Assembly: GCF_009914755.1 (NCBI RefSeq)
Contig: NC_060926.1
Source: the human T2T-CHM13v2.0 reference genome, Homo sapiens
DNA length: 64,000 nt
Strand: one strand, 5' to 3'
Of this stretch, positions 1-18,486 are shown one piece after another. The translations under genes and the position numbers were made by a program. Within the stretch, counting starts at the first letter, position 1. The number at the start of each line of letters is the position of its first letter. A model generated the notes under the pieces. That model was not told where the DNA came from, did not search any database, and was given only the letters and a program-made list of their open reading frames with translations.

Positions 1-169
1 TGTATTATTCCTTCCCTTTTGTTACTTTGGATGATAACATTGCTTGTAATTGTTTTATCACATGGTTGTTTTATCACATGGTTGGTTATATCACATGGCC
101 TGGAGTAGTGACTTCTTGAAATGCCATATTTTCATTCCTGTTACAGAATAGTCATGCATATGTTTCAAC

Positions 170-1010
170 ATTTATAGAGTAGTTGCTTTATGAAGGTCCT
201 GTCCTAGGCATTGGAGGTAAAGAGATGAATAAGTAGTCTTCAGCCTCAAAGAGTTCACAATCTAGGAAGTGAGAGACACAGTGCAGTTTGATTAGAGCCA
301 CTGTAGATACAGGTACAAATGTAGCACAAAGGAAAGACTGACTTACTCTATATGGGGGTGGGAGGGTGGGGGTGGTCAGAGGAAGCTTTCTGGAGAAGAT
401 TTTAAAATGTGGATGGTATTTTGAGAGTTTATATTCCAGGCAAAGGGAACAGCATATGACAAAGCAAGGGGCCATGAAAGTGCATATCGTATTTACATAA
501 CTAGGTGATTTAGTATTGGTAGAGGTGAGAATAAAATGAAAGGAGGGCAGTGGCAGGTCATGGAGGTCTTTGGCTTGTGGGTTATCAGTCCATTCGTTCA
601 TGCATTCATTCATGCTTATAAAATATAGCAGTGAACAAAAACTCTGCCCTATGGAACTTATATTCTAGCTGGAGTGGAGACAGTGAACAAACAACTAATA
701 TAGTATGTCAGGTAGTGATAAATATAAAGAAAAATGAAGCAGCTGAAGGGGCTTGGTGATAGAGAACCCTTGAAGGAATTAAGCTGGGAAGAGACATGAT
801 CAGATTGGGTTTGGGTTTGAGAGAAGTCACTCCAGCTACAGTGTTAAGAATGGATTGGAGAACGGTAAGGATGGACATAGATCAGTTAGAGGAGATCAGT
901 TAGAGGAGGCTGTTGTAACACAATAGGCGAGAAATAATGAAGAATTAAACTAAGATGATGGCAATGAGAATAGGGAGGAAATGATGTGTGTGAGAGTTTT
1001 AGAAGTTCAT
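170..1010 (-). mobile_element. Degenerate LINE-2 fragments
   Basis: cattcgttcatgcattcattca L2 3'-end-like motif followed by gtgaacaaaa...ctgccct...ggaacttatattctag and other typical purine-rich antisense L2 segments; boundaries approximate. Confidence 0.65.
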
Positions 1011-1207
1011 TAGGTGACACCATTAAAGTTTAATCACACTTTAAAACTATGTAACTAAATTAATGCCACAGGAGTTTGGAGACTGAATGACAATAGAAAA
1101 GGGATGACACAGTCCAGAGGAATGTGGACATTTCAGAGGGCTGACCAAACAAAACCTGCTGTTTACTTATCACATGGTCTCCTATGAAGTTGGCACCAAT
1201 TACTTCT

Positions 1208-1518
1208 TTTTCTTTTCTTTTTTCTTTTTTTTTTTTTTGCTATGGAGTCTTGCTCTGTCTCCCAGGCTAGAGTGAAGTGGCGCGATCTCAGCTCACTGCA
1301 ACTTCCTGCCTCCCGGGTTCAAGCGATTCTCCTGCCTCAGCCTCCAGAGTAGCTGGGATTACAGAGCCTGCCACTGTGCCCGGCTAAGTTTTGTATTTTT
1401 AGTAGAGATGGGGTTTCACCATCTTGGCCAGGCTGGTCTCGAACCCCTGACCTAGTGATCCACCCACCTCAGACTCTCAAAGTGCTAGGATTACAGGCAT
1501 GAGCCACCACGTCTGGCC
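1208..1518 (-). mobile_element. AluS element
   Basis: T-rich tail plus antisense Alu body; TSD ggcaccaattacttct (1192-1207) / ggctccaattacttct (1519-1534), 15/16. Confidence 0.95.
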
Positions 1519-2028
1519 GGCTCCAATTACTTCTATCCCGGAACATATGTTCTCATTATTTGAAGTTGCTGAGCAGAGTATTGAAGTGACAGTTTACTCT
1601 TGGATCCTCCCTTTTTCCTTAAGTGCATGTTACCCATGTACAGTTTTTCTTTTGACTTTGCTTCTAAGTGCAATTTTAGATCCTTAAAAATCATAGTAAA
1701 TGTCAATTACATATGTGACACTTTTACGTCTTGGTTTTGGATTTTTTTCAGTTTTTTTTTTTTTTAAGGCTCTTGTGGTCTTACGAAAAAGAGAAGAAAA
1801 AATACCATGTTAACTTTCATTCTTCCACACTGCTAACCTCTTTCCCAGTTATAACTTTGGCTCCAACCTCATTGTGGTTTGCATTAGTCAGAACTGCTCA
1901 ATGGCAGTTTTTACGGAGGTTATAAATGTTCAGGTCAAAAGAATGATTAAGAACGCCACTAATTGTTTAGTCTACTTGCTTATAATGTCACTTACAAATG
2001 CCATTTTAATAAAAAGCAGTATATTAAC

Positions 2029-2336
2029 GTCGGGCATGGTGACTCACACCCCATAATCCCAGCACTTTGGGAGGCCAAGGCAGGCAAATCACTTGAGCCC
2101 AGGAATTCAAGACCAGCCTGGGTAAGATGGTGAGACCCCATCTCTACAAAAATACAAAGAAAGTTAGCCTGGTGTGGTGGCACAGGCCTGTGGTTTCAGC
2201 TACTGGGGAGGCTGAGGCGGGAGGATTGCTTTGAGCCTGGGAGGCAGAGGTTGCAGTGAGCTGAGATTGCGTCATTGTACTCCAGGCTGGACGACAGGGC
2301 GAGACTGTGTCTCAAAAAACAAAACAAAACAAAAAA
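2029..2336 (+). mobile_element. AluJ element
   Basis: Dimeric Alu with J-type cacttgagcccaggaattcaagaccagcctggg and ggaggattgctttgagcc; (CAAAA)n tail. Confidence 0.93.
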
Positions 2337-2599
2337 GTATTATTTAACATCTGCCGGAAGCTTTGGTAGATATTTTCCAGAAGGAATACAGCTGAGTTAA
2401 CCTCTTGTAAATATTTCCCAAGAGGGTATCCTGAAGCCTGTAAGAGCTGATACAGAGCAAAGGTTATTTGCACAAGTGACCTGGCTTAAAACTTAACATC
2501 GTTTGGCAAAATTCGAGCTTATTTTGGTAGTTATGTTGAATGAAATATTTACCCTATTTTGAGTTCCTAGCTAGGAATTCTAGTGATAGTAGTAATAGG

Positions 2600-2830
2600 A
2601 GTTTTAATTGACTAAGTCCTAATATGACAGGAACCATGCTAAAGCTTATGTACATTATGTCATTTAAATCTCACACAACAGCTCTGAAAAATGAGTGATA
2701 CTATATGTACATTACAGTTGAGGAACTAGAGGCTTAGAGAAGTTAATTTATCTAAGGCCTTGCATTTGTGAAATGAAAGAGATGGCATTTCAACTCTGTT
2801 CTTGCTCCAGAGTCCATATTCTTTCCTCTA
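2600..2830 (-). mobile_element. MIR
   Basis: catttaaatctcacacaac...cattacagttgaggaactagaggcttagagaagttaa matches the antisense MIR core. Confidence 0.7.
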
Positions 2831-3974
2831 TGCTGGATTACCACATCTCATGTTCCCGGGGAGATATCTACTTACTATTCATCAAGTTGCTGTCTTTGTC
2901 ATGCTAAGTTTCAAAGTTTTTGTGATTAAATAGATCATGATCAAATACTTTGTCATATAGTTAAGAAGGCATTAGTTTATGTTGTACTTAATAAATTATA
3001 AAACATCATTCTGTCAAAATGAAATTCATAATAAGAAAATGTAATGGGTGGTTTAAAAAGGTAGACCAGCCAGTTTACTTTTGTGAGTGCATTTTGCCAT
3101 TTGACTTGTGGAAGAAGACAGTGTTTGGAATGAAAGGGAATTAGGAAGAATGTGGAAGACCCAAGATCAGAGAAGAAAGGAGGAAAAGAGAATAGGTCAT
3201 GGAGGGTTTACTGCCTAGTTGCAAACTGTCTTTGGACTGTGAATGAACAGGAAACTGAAGATTTAATCGCTGTGGTTATTTGTTAATATGCTTCTCTAGA
3301 TTGCATTTTAAGATGGACCAGACCTTCTCTACATAGACTTTTTTATGTTGGGAAGTTACTATAGAGCCATCTACCCTTGTGGTCATTTAATAAAAATACC
3401 TGAGAATGAATTAAGTGATCTGTTTTTAGGCTGCAGAGAAATGGATTGCTGTTGTAGTCAGATGAGATACTTTATGGAACACTTTAAAAGCAAGTGCTAA
3501 GCAAATATTACTCCGTTTGATTTTATTTCCTTATTATTGAGAAGATAACTTCTGCTGTTATTCCGATTAGTATGTTAATTTCAACCCTAAACCAAATCAA
3601 GGGATCATGACTAGAGTCTACCGTTGTAGCATAAAGTATTAATAGCTCTCTGCCTATTAGTGTTCTCTTTATTTGTTGGGTCTTGGGGGTGATATTTTGT
3701 CATATCCTTGTCCCAACATCTGGGCTCAGAATCAACTGAGAGATAAGACACAGGATACAGACAGAGAGGTAAAAACATTAGCTTTTTTACTGATAATGCT
3801 GGTTGGAGATCGTGGCTTAGATCTGTACTACCTAATATTTACCCTGAATTACACTCCATCACAGGCAGTGTACCACAGAAGGCCTCCTCTGCAGGTGTAG
3901 AGCCTAACACATGCTACCAAAACAGTAGAGAGAGAACTTACAGCATAATTAATTTTTGCAGAATGAACACATCT

Positions 3975-4300
3975 ATTTTATCTGTATTTAGATTAAGAAA
4001 CAGCATTACCAGTACTCTAGGAAGCCCTCTTTGTGCTCATCCCAGTGGCTCCTTCCACCAGGATAACCACTACCTTGACTTCTAACATATAGATTTGCCT
4101 GTTTGAACTTCATGTAAATGGAATCATACAGTGTGTACTTTTTTGTGTTTGGCTTCTTTCCTTCAGAGTATTATGTTTGTGATATTCCTCCATGTTGCAT
4201 CTAGTCACATTTTGTTTATCCTCATCGATGAATAGTATTCCATTGGGTAGATATATACCACAATTTATCCATTCTGTTATTGATGAACATTTAGGTGGTG
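3975..4300 (-). mobile_element. Old L1M 3'-end fragment
   Basis: aaatggaatcatacagtgtgtacttttttgtgtttggcttcttt...gtattccattg...caatttatccattc typical of L1MB/MC 3' ends. Confidence 0.7.
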
Positions 4301-5319
4301 GTTACTTTTGGTCCGAATAATTACTTGTTTTAATATAAAGTGCATATCAAACTAGTGTTTTTATAGATATTACTGCATAGGAAGAGGTTAAAGTAATTAA
4401 AATAGTGTTTAAGAATTAATATATTTACTTTTCTTAAGTACATCAATTGTTTGAGGTAATAAACAGAATGCTCCCAGGTACTAAATCATTTTTATAAATA
4501 AATTAAATTGGATTTTTAAACAAAGTGACCTTGCAGTGTTCACATATTATTTACGAGCTTATAAGATTTCAGCTTAAAATCATAAGTCCAACTCTATTAC
4601 TCAATTACACATTTTAAATTTGAGTTACAAGTCAGTCATTCTTAAAGACTAGATTCTCTTAAGTTTTGTAAATATATAAAATATCAATTTTTTGTATAGT
4701 TTTCTTAAAAACATTAACATCTGTCTTTGGTTCTCTTAAGCATTTGTATATTTAATTCTGGATCTTTCAGTAGTTGAAATACGCTTACTCATTGAAAAAA
4801 ACTGCTACTATTCCAGTAACTGCAGTTACTTTTGATGAGAGAGTTTTGCCTCCTGGGTGAGATTCGGAGGGGTAGATATCGTCTTGTCATTCACTAAGAA
4901 AACTGTTATATGATTGCATATAACATTTGTTCTTGCCAGCATGTTTGAAATTACTAATCAGAGATTTGGCCAGGTTGCTGACCAGATTCTTGTTGTTGAC
5001 CTCAGTGGGACTCTCCAAATTCTATTTATAGTTGCTGTGTCAGAGACCTCATCCTATAAGCAGGGGAATGCTCAGGTATCCCAGGACCTTAGAATCAAGT
5101 AATGTGAACTATTTAATTTGCTATAATCACAGAAGTTCGCATTTCCAACTCAGATTGATTACCTAGTTGGGTTTTACATTTTTTCTAAAGGTGCTTGAAC
5201 TAACTGTATAGGAATCCAGCCTAAGGAATATTAAAATGACACCTACTTGAATTCTCTTATCACTTTAGTCACATATACTATGGAGTGGATATTTTGCTGT
5301 CAACTCAAATTTTGTAGGT

Positions 5320-5472
5320 CGACACTATCCAGTAGAGCTTTCTGTGATAGAAATATTCTGTAATCTGTGTTATCCAGTATCATAGCCACTATGGAGCTGA
5401 CTTTTAAATTTTGTTTAATTTTAATTTAAATAGGCACATGTGGCTAGTGATATACCGTGCTGGCCAGTACAG
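5320..5472 (+). mobile_element. MER3-like hAT-Charlie MITE, internally deleted
   Basis: ctatccagtagagctttctgtgat...atagccact...taattttaatttaaataggcacatgtggctagtg matches the recalled MER3 layout. Confidence 0.75.
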
Positions 5473-5788
5473 GTGTAGGTGGAAACCTAACTCATTATCT
5501 TCTTTCTCATTCTCTAGAACTTATTTATCTGGGCTTTCTCATATCTCATAGTGTTAACACTAGTCCCACAGTCACATCCTTCAATCCCTATCTTGAACTT
5601 CTTTTCATTCTTTTAAGATCGAACTTTCTTTTGAATTTATTCAAATTAATAATTAATTCTGCAGTCACTCTGCTGCTCTCATACATGTTTGTGTCATCTG
5701 ATCCTCACAACTGCCCATTTCACAGATTAGGAACTGAAATTCCTAGATACTTGCCAGAAAAATATATTAGTCAGTTTCTAGCTACTGA

Positions 5789-6127
<339 letters not shown>

Positions 6128-6229
6128 GATTCCAGATTTTTAAAACATCTCAATTCTAGAGCTTTTTCCTTGATATTATATTGATATCACCCAGCCCTGT
6201 TCATTTTTTCCTTCACAATCTTTCACATT

Positions 6230-6640
6230 CATTTTGTGCATTAAACAAGTATTTATTGGTTACTTATGTTCTAAGCACTTGGGCTATGTCAGTGAACAAA
6301 ATGGAGAAAGATTTTTATTTTCTTGGAACTTACATTCCAGTGGGTGAAATGGAAAATTAAACATAGTAAATAAGTAAATTATTAAGTATGTTAGAAGGTG
6401 ATAAGTACTGTAGAAAAAAGAAAAAGTAGAGAGGGTAAGGAGGTAGGGTTCAAATTTTAAGAAGGATGTCAATGAAAACATGACATTTGAGCAGATATTT
6501 AAAGGAGATGAGTTTAGTCATATGGATATCCAGGCAAATGAGTGTTCTAGGCAGAGGAATAGTATGTGCAAATATCCTAAGAGGAAATGCACATGTGGCA
6601 TATCAGGAAAGCCACAAGGAGACTGGTGCAGCTGGACTCA
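6230..6640 (-). mobile_element. LINE-2 3' fragment
   Basis: aacaagtatttattggttacttatgttctaagcact...ggaacttacattccagtggg...gacatttgagcagat typical of antisense L2a. Confidence 0.75.
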
Positions 6641-7034
6641 ATTCATATCCCCTCACCTCTAACCGCTGTTTAAAATATGTAGCTTTTAAACTTCAGCTTC
6701 TGATTTACCTAGCTCTTCTACTGTTCTAGGCAGAGTCTCTTATTCATGCCACATTTTTCAGCTTTTACACCTTTTATTGTGCCATTGTCTGGAAGACCTT
6801 TGCTTGTTGATTGATCCCATGTTTCAGAGTCTCTTGTTTTGGGGATCTTTTCTTTTTACTTTTCAGAACTGGGGAAGCATTGATCTATCTCCTGTTACCT
6901 TTTCCCCACGATTTCTCAGGTTATGAAGAGTAACTTTAAAACATACGGTTAAGTGCTAAGTGTCATAGGATATAATATGTAGGTCTAGAGCCTTGAATTC
7001 ATTTAAATCACCTAGGTACTCTTCAGCCACCTCA

Positions 7035-7388
<354 letters not shown>

Positions 7389-9199
7389 TTACTTTGTGAC
7401 TTCCATATGCTAAGCACTGGGGAGGATTATTGACACATGGTTTTTGCCTACTGGGACATGTAGGTCTACTAAGGAAGACTGATGTGTCTTCTATTACTGC
7501 AAGATGTAAGGTATAGGAAAGGAATGGTGACTACTACAACAATGGAAGGGCAATTTTATATCAAAGAAACCTAGTCTAGAAGGATTGGAAGAGTATTGTT
7601 CTATGTCAAGATGTTATGCAAAAATTCTTAAATCTGAGGGTGAAAATATTGATGAGAGAGAGCATTTGGATGAGAACAGAATCAGAAGAATTAGGGTAGG
7701 AAAATCTGGGCAATGTAATAAAGTTTATAAAACTGGTGTGGCAGTTTGCTCTAGTAATGATGGTCTTTCAGCAATCTGGATAGTGTTTAGAAGTGTCATT
7801 CTGCTAGGAGCTGAATGTCTGGCAGTTACTTTACAATCATAAAGAAAAGGGAAAATAATTTTGGCATTCTAAAATGTTATGCATTTTGTTGCAGAAAAAA
7901 ATAGAAAATAATAATCAAAATGAAGACTAACATTAAGAGATAACCGCTATAGCACATTGGCTTAGATCCTTTCAGACATAAGCATATGTGTGTGAGGTCA
8001 CGCCATAATAATGTCTTGAAATTGCCATTTTTCACTCACTGTCTTGTGTATACCTTTCCTTATCAAGAAATAATAATGTGTAAAATCATTTTCAGTGACT
8101 CAGGAAGTATTGTATTATATGTAGGTACCATTTATCTGATGAGGACGGTGTTATATTTGTTTCCAGTGTTTCCCTATTATAGAGAATGCTGTGGTAAGCT
8201 TTTTACAATTAAATCCTTAATAATTTCCTTAAGGCACATTTTTAAAAAAGGGCCTTAATGAGTCAAAGAGCATTGGAATACATCATTCGCTGATCTCATT
8301 GGGCGTGGACAGAAATAAGGAACGATTGCTTGTTTGGACTTAATTCTGACAAGTAATAAAAAATTGAAAATCATCGGAATCTTTGGAGAACGACTACATC
8401 ATATTTGAGCAAGTTTGTATCTTCTAATTTAGGGAAGCAGCTTTCCAGAAATTTAGATAAAAGGAAATTAGATGTTCTAGCCTGAGTCTTTAAAGGGGAA
8501 ACCAAAACATGACCACAGGGAGCCTAAGGAATAGTGCTTAACCCTGCCTGGGTCTATGGGGGTAATGAGAAGGAGGGAGAGCTAAGACGACTGGCCTAGA
8601 TGTATCAGTTTAAACCACTTATTGCTATCAGTAAATAATGTACATTCCGTGCTTATTCAGATGGCTCCTATTTACTGTTCAGGCAAATCTTGTTACATGG
8701 AGTGATGTAATTTAAGGATTATGGTGTCAGCAGTTTTCATTCCCTGCCGCCCCCCACCCCAACATTTTGCATGTATTTAAACATGTTGCAGAATTGAACT
8801 TCACAATACTCATTAGTGTACCATCCACCTAGATTCTACTGTTAACATGTTACTGTGCTTATCACATATCCATTAATCCATTCTTTTTTCCACCTAATAT
8901 TAATCTATTTTGTTTTGATGCATTTTAAAGTAAATTGGTAGTTTCATTTTTGAAGTTAAATCTCCTTCAGAAAGGTTCTGCTTTTTTCTTTTATATCAGT
9001 TGGCTTTGATTTCCAGATAGTATTTGTTTTGCCTTCACAAATTATTTCTGGCTTTACAACTATTAGACTACTATTCTAATTTTGATTTTATTTCCAAGTT
9101 CATACCTGCCATCTGCCATTATTTTCAGAAAGTACATTCTAGTTTGCCATGCCTGCACTCAGATTTTATACAATTGGTAACTTAAAAAAATTATCATAT

Positions 9200-9620
9200 T
9201 TTGGTATGTATACTAATGAGGGATATTTGTTATAAGTATTAATCTGAGCTAGGTTAAAGCAGAAAAGGGAAATTTATTCTAAGAGTACAGGGGTGCCAAA
9301 GAACCCAAGGGTAAGAATGGAGCTTGGCCTCAGGATGGAATTAGAGCCAAGAACCAGAAAGCCATCAGGTTTCTTACTAGTATCACTTCTTGCTACTATT
9401 TGCTGCAGGCTTCTCTAAGTGGATCAGCTTTTTCTGCTCTTCTGTCCAAATGGTAAAATATGGCTGCCCCACTCCTTCAGGAATTCAGCCAATAGCACAG
9501 AATAATTGAACCCCTTGTTTCCAGTCCTGGGTTACATGTTTACATTGCTGCAATCAGTTATTGCCTGGAAGGAAGTGGTGGTAGTCATAGGACATAGGTA
9601 GCTGCCCAGGCAGCTAAATG
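9200..9620. mobile_element. Probable old MaLR (MLT1-type) LTR remnant
   Basis: ctaggttaaagcagaaaagggaaatttatt start and aaaatatggctgcc core resemble MLT1 LTRs; heavily diverged. Confidence 0.45.
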
Positions 9621-11589
9621 AGCTGAACCAACTCTGGTTATCATGCATTTAAAGATGATACAACCAGATTATCTGCTCATTGTTTTTGATGATTCCTTCT
9701 CTATAATCCTGCTCCATGAATTATTCTATTGATTTTCCTTGAGTCATCAATCTTTTTCTCTTTGTTGATTTTTCCTGCTGCTTAAAAGCATGCTCAGATA
9801 ACGTTTTGAAATTTTCCACACGTATCACTCTTTTGAAAAGGCCTTAACAGCCATGAATAACCTAATTATAAAACTTTTAGCCTCTTACCCAATTCTGGTA
9901 CCTGGTAGATGTTCTTATCTCTTCTTAGCTTCCATGTTATTGCACTATCCTGTTGTTTTTTTTTTTTTTTTCCCACCTTCCTGTCTTTCTGACCATGGTT
10001 TTGCTGACTTCCTTCTCTTCCTAAGCTTAAAAATCCCTAAGATTAATTTTTAGTCATTTCTTCTGCATTTTCTTCCTTAATCATTTCATCTACTTGAACT
10101 GTAATAGCTTTTACCACTGTTGGGGGAACTTTTAAGTTATTATCTCTAACTCTCAACTCTCATTTTTACATTTTTAATTATTGGGTATTTCTATCTGAGT
10201 ATCTTGCTGGTTTCTCCAACTCAGCATTCATGTGTAAGGTCATTATTTTAGTCTCCAATCTCAGTCCTCCACTGTTTCTCTTCACTTCCGCCATTATTTA
10301 GATGCCCAAGTCCAACAACACCTGAGTCATGAGTTCTTGCTGAGCTCCATCCCCCATCCCTTATTTGGTTCATTGACAAATCAGATGGACTCCAAGTCAG
10401 ATGGACTCTATTATTGACTCTCAAGACACTTTGCTTTTCTCTCATTGCCACCAGCCTAGATGAAATCTTAATTGTCTCACTTCTAGCCTGGTCTCCCTTT
10501 CTTTTGTTTCCCGCCTTTAAATGATTCTTCATTCTATTACCAGACCAATCTTTGTTCAGAGAAAGTGTCAGTACTTGCTGCCTGCTTGTGCTGTGCTACA
10601 TTCTAACATTGCAAAAATGATTGACAGTCAGTGGAGATATATAGATATATAAAAGATATGATGTAGCTGTAGTCATTGTATGCAGAAGAAAGAGCCATAA
10701 ATTCTTGAAGAAGATAGGAAAAGGCTTTATAGAAGTGACTTTTAGACTGGTTGCCTCCAGGGAGAGAAGGGCATTTTAGACAGGGGATATATACAGGAAG
10801 ACATAAGAGGACATGGTGTGTATAAGGAATTGTCATAACTTAATGTGTCTGGGAACAGCTGTTAAAGAAGGTGAAAATGTAGAGTGGTGCTGTGTTTAAG
10901 AATTGGGATTTCATCCACATTGGAGAATCAACAAAGTTTTAAAGTACACACTGCTAGATTTTGACTTTTGGTAGAAGCAATGAACATGGAAAATACTGTT
11001 TTGATTCTATTGTTCTCTATTGATTATTGAAGTAATAACAATCTCTTATTTGGCATTCAAGGCTTTCAGCTGTTCTCTATGACTTCTTGAATGTGCTTTA
11101 TGCTTCAGCCAATTTTATGCTGCTTATTAGATGGGAAAATCCTTGTGCTTTCTTCCTCTGTTTGACTATTGAAATTTTACCATCTTCCAAAGAAGGGAAA
11201 GTTTAAATGCCTCCACAATGAAGGGTTCTTTCAGCTAGAGATGAACACCACTGAGCTCTTGTAATAATTTGTACTCCTTGTGTGGCCATCATTGAGTATA
11301 CTGAAATCTTTGCTTCCTAGTTAGGAGTGTTGGAGCCAGACAGTCATGGTTTAAATCCTAGCTGTATCATGTACTGTTCCTGTGACTGGGGACAAGTTAC
11401 TGAATCTTTCTGGACCATTTTTTTCATGTTTTAAATAGGGGTAATGACACCTACATCACAGGATTAAAGTGAGAAGGAAATAAGGTAATGATTGTAAAGC
11501 CCTTAGCTTTATAGTGTTATGCAATACTGTCATTGTTGCAGTAAACTACATAGAAAGGAGTAATAAGAATAGAGTGCTAAAATAGTTTC

Positions 11590-11995
11590 TATATTAGACC
11601 GTTTTTGCATTGCTATAAAGAAATACCCGAGACTGGATAATTTATAAAGAGGTTTAATTAATTCACGGTTCTGCAGGCTGTTCAGAAAACATAACTCTGG
11701 CATCAGCTTCTGGGAAGACCTCAGGAAGCTTACAATCATGGCAGAAGATGAAGTGGGAGCAGGCACTTCACATAGCAAAAGCAGGAGCAAGAGTTGAGGT
11801 TGGGTGTGGGAGGGGGAAGTGCCACACATTTCTAAATGACCAGATCTCATGAGAACCCACTGTTGTAAAGACAGCACCAAACCTTGAGGGATCTGCCCCC
11901 ATGACCCAAACACTTCCCACCAGGCCCTACCTCCAGCCCCGGGGACTGCAATTTAACATGATATTTGGGCAGGGACAAATATTCAAACTATATTG
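11590..11995 (+). mobile_element. MST (MaLR) solo LTR, MSTA/MSTB-like
   Basis: tatattagaccgtttttgcattgctataaagaaatacc...gggacaaatattcaaactatattg; 5-bp TSD gtttc at 11585-11589 and 11996-12000. Confidence 0.9.
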
Positions 11996-12076
11996 GTTTC
12001 TGAAGATGGAAGCACAGCAAGAAGTAGGAGGTACTCAGTGGCAATAATGACATTTTAATAGAGAAAACAAATTTCC

Positions 12077-12364
12077 TTTTTTTTTTTTTTTTTTAAAAAA
12101 AGAGGTGGGGTTTTGCTTTGTTACCCAGGTTGGAGTGTAGTGGTGTGATCATAGCTCACTGTAACCTTGAACTCCTGGGCTCAAGAACCATTGTCCTGAG
12201 TAGCTGGGATTATAGGTATGTGCCACCATGCCTGGTTATTAAAAAATTTGGAGCAGAGTCTTGAGGTATTGCTCAGGCTGGTCTTGAACACCTGGCCTCA
12301 GGTGGTTCTCCCACCTCAGTCTCCTGAGTCGCTGGGATTATAGGCACAAGCCACTGTGCCTGGC
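12077..12364 (-). mobile_element. AluJ element
   Basis: Diverged antisense Alu; perfect 15-bp TSD gagaaaacaaatttc (12061-12075 / 12365-12379). Confidence 0.93.
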
Positions 12365-13144
12365 GAGAAAACAAATTTCTAGTAAATGTCACCTTATGCA
12401 TTAGGAAGGAAGGTAAGAACCCAAAAAGTGTAGAACATCAGCAGTTTCTCGTACTGTGTTTTAGGCTGATTGTCAGTATCACACACATGATGTTTGGTCA
12501 TTCTTGTGCTATTTCTGGTTTGAAACTCTTCTCCATGACTCTTAGTAGTCATGGCTCACCATTGCTTGCTTCTATGTGTGATATGTGGCCTTGGTGGCCA
12601 CACATTGGAATTTGAATAAATATATTCTTGTGCTAAAGGAAAGTTATTTGATAAATAATTGTTTTAATTTTTATACTTTTTAAGACTTTTATAAACATAT
12701 ATGAACTAGGCAAATTTCCATAGCGGATCAAACTTCCTAAAATTTGCATCAGAAAATATGATCTCTGTATAGCCCTCATTTCTCCTTCCAGATAGTCCTT
12801 TGTAAGATTTGGGTATAGATTTATGCCACCTCCTCTGTCATGTAATCATATTTCCATTTCCTGTTATCTCTTTCCCCTGTCTCCCACATGGTGAGTGCTG
12901 CCACTTTGCCCTCTTGCTGCCCATTGTTTTCTTGCGGAATTCTACTCAGGGCCATCCTCTCCTATAGTGAAGTGAATTTAAAGTTTTTCCTTTCCGTTTC
13001 TCTCTCTCAATTCCAGTCTCCTGATTTTGGTAAGGTTTGGGTGAGAGCAACTTAATTGTAAACAATTTACATTAAAGCTTTGTATTCCTTTGTGGCTATT
13101 CAACAGATGAGGCTTCTATTCTTAACTTTTTCTCATGTCTTAAG

Positions 13145-13310
13145 GTAATGCTTACCCACATGTGGTCTGTGGATGACCCTCATCAGAATTTTCTGAGGGT
13201 GCTAGAAATTGTAATCATGGGCTGGGTCTAGGGTGGCATCCAAGGACTCTGCTTTTAAAGTAAGTACCCAAGGTGATGTTTATACTCCCAGAAAGTTTGA
13301 GAACCTCTGT
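13145..13310. mobile_element. MER5-like hAT MITE remnant
   Basis: catcagaatt...ggtctagggtgg...caaggtgat...aaagtttgagaacctctg resembles MER5A termini. Confidence 0.6.
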
Positions 13311-13505
13311 TGTTGTGATTGGGTCCTGCTTTTAATGCTTTCTTCTCTTCCCCCAAACTTTATGGGGTTCATTTTTTCCATGGGTTTGCCGGAAGCAAAG
13401 ATAGCAATCCCAACTACCTGTCACTTAAAGTAGAAGGGGCTACTGCTGATTTTTTTTTTTAATCATTATTTTAAGTAAAACAAACCAAAAAAAACCCAAC
13501 TACTG

Positions 13506-17439
<3,934 letters not shown>

Positions 17440-18486
17440 CAACAATTACGGTTTACAACAAGAATACTGTGTACATTAAGCCGGTATGGATTTCAGTCTT
17501 GGTATTTTTAGGGTCATGCCAAGGGTATTGTTGGTCTGTCCCCAAAGGACAGCAGGGGAAGGGAACTTAGGCTTGGTTTCAATGCTAAAATGGCATATAG
17601 ATTTTTGGAGACATTTGTATTTTCTTTGTCTGTGTTCAGTTTTGTAGTTTCTACAGAAATGCAAGGCTCTACCAGAAATGGCTTTGGTCACTTATGGATT
17701 GGTCAGTATAATAAGCTTGTGATACAATTCCTTTTTTAATTACTAACAAGCATGGAGTGAGCAATGAAAGTGAATTGGCATTTTCCCAGTTGGTGGTAGA
17801 GACAGTCTGGGGTTGGTTGCCAAAATTGCCATATTGGGTAGATTACAAGTGGACAATGAAGGGAAAAACCATGAAATTTAAAGTACAGTCCAGGGAACAC
17901 AAGAGTCCAAGTGAAGGATATATCCTTTTCTCTTTGTCCTTTGCTATGACAACCTCCTGATGCAGATTTGGATTGTTTTCCTCATTACGTAGACCAACAC
18001 CTGAGGGTAAAGGGTAGGATGGTTGTTTCTTTCCAGGCTTTCAGAATGGCAGGTACCAAGCTTGTGTGAGTGGATATGTGGGTACACACCTGCCCTTACC
18101 ACAAAATATTTGTAACATACACTACTAAATGTATGAATGACTAATAGTGTGTATTTCCATTTTCAAATGTGTCATTCAAACAGTAACAAGTTTCTAATTG
18201 GTAGATTATGGTGTAGTGTGTGAGAGAAGTGTGGGAGTAAAGAATGGCACCCCAAGAACCTGAAGTGATTAGTGACTGCCCAGAGTATTCTGTCAATGTG
18301 AGGTAAAGCTGGTCTTGCCTTATTTGCCCTTCTTGCCCCCCGCCCCTTTCCTGTGCCTCTGTTTAGAATTTTTCCCCTTTATACCTGTATATTACTTTTT
18401 CTTTCACTCATTTATTCATGATAAATGTAGTAGGAATTGGACCTTTGGGACGCAGTTTTTGAGCCTTGAATTCAAGTTTTAAAAGG

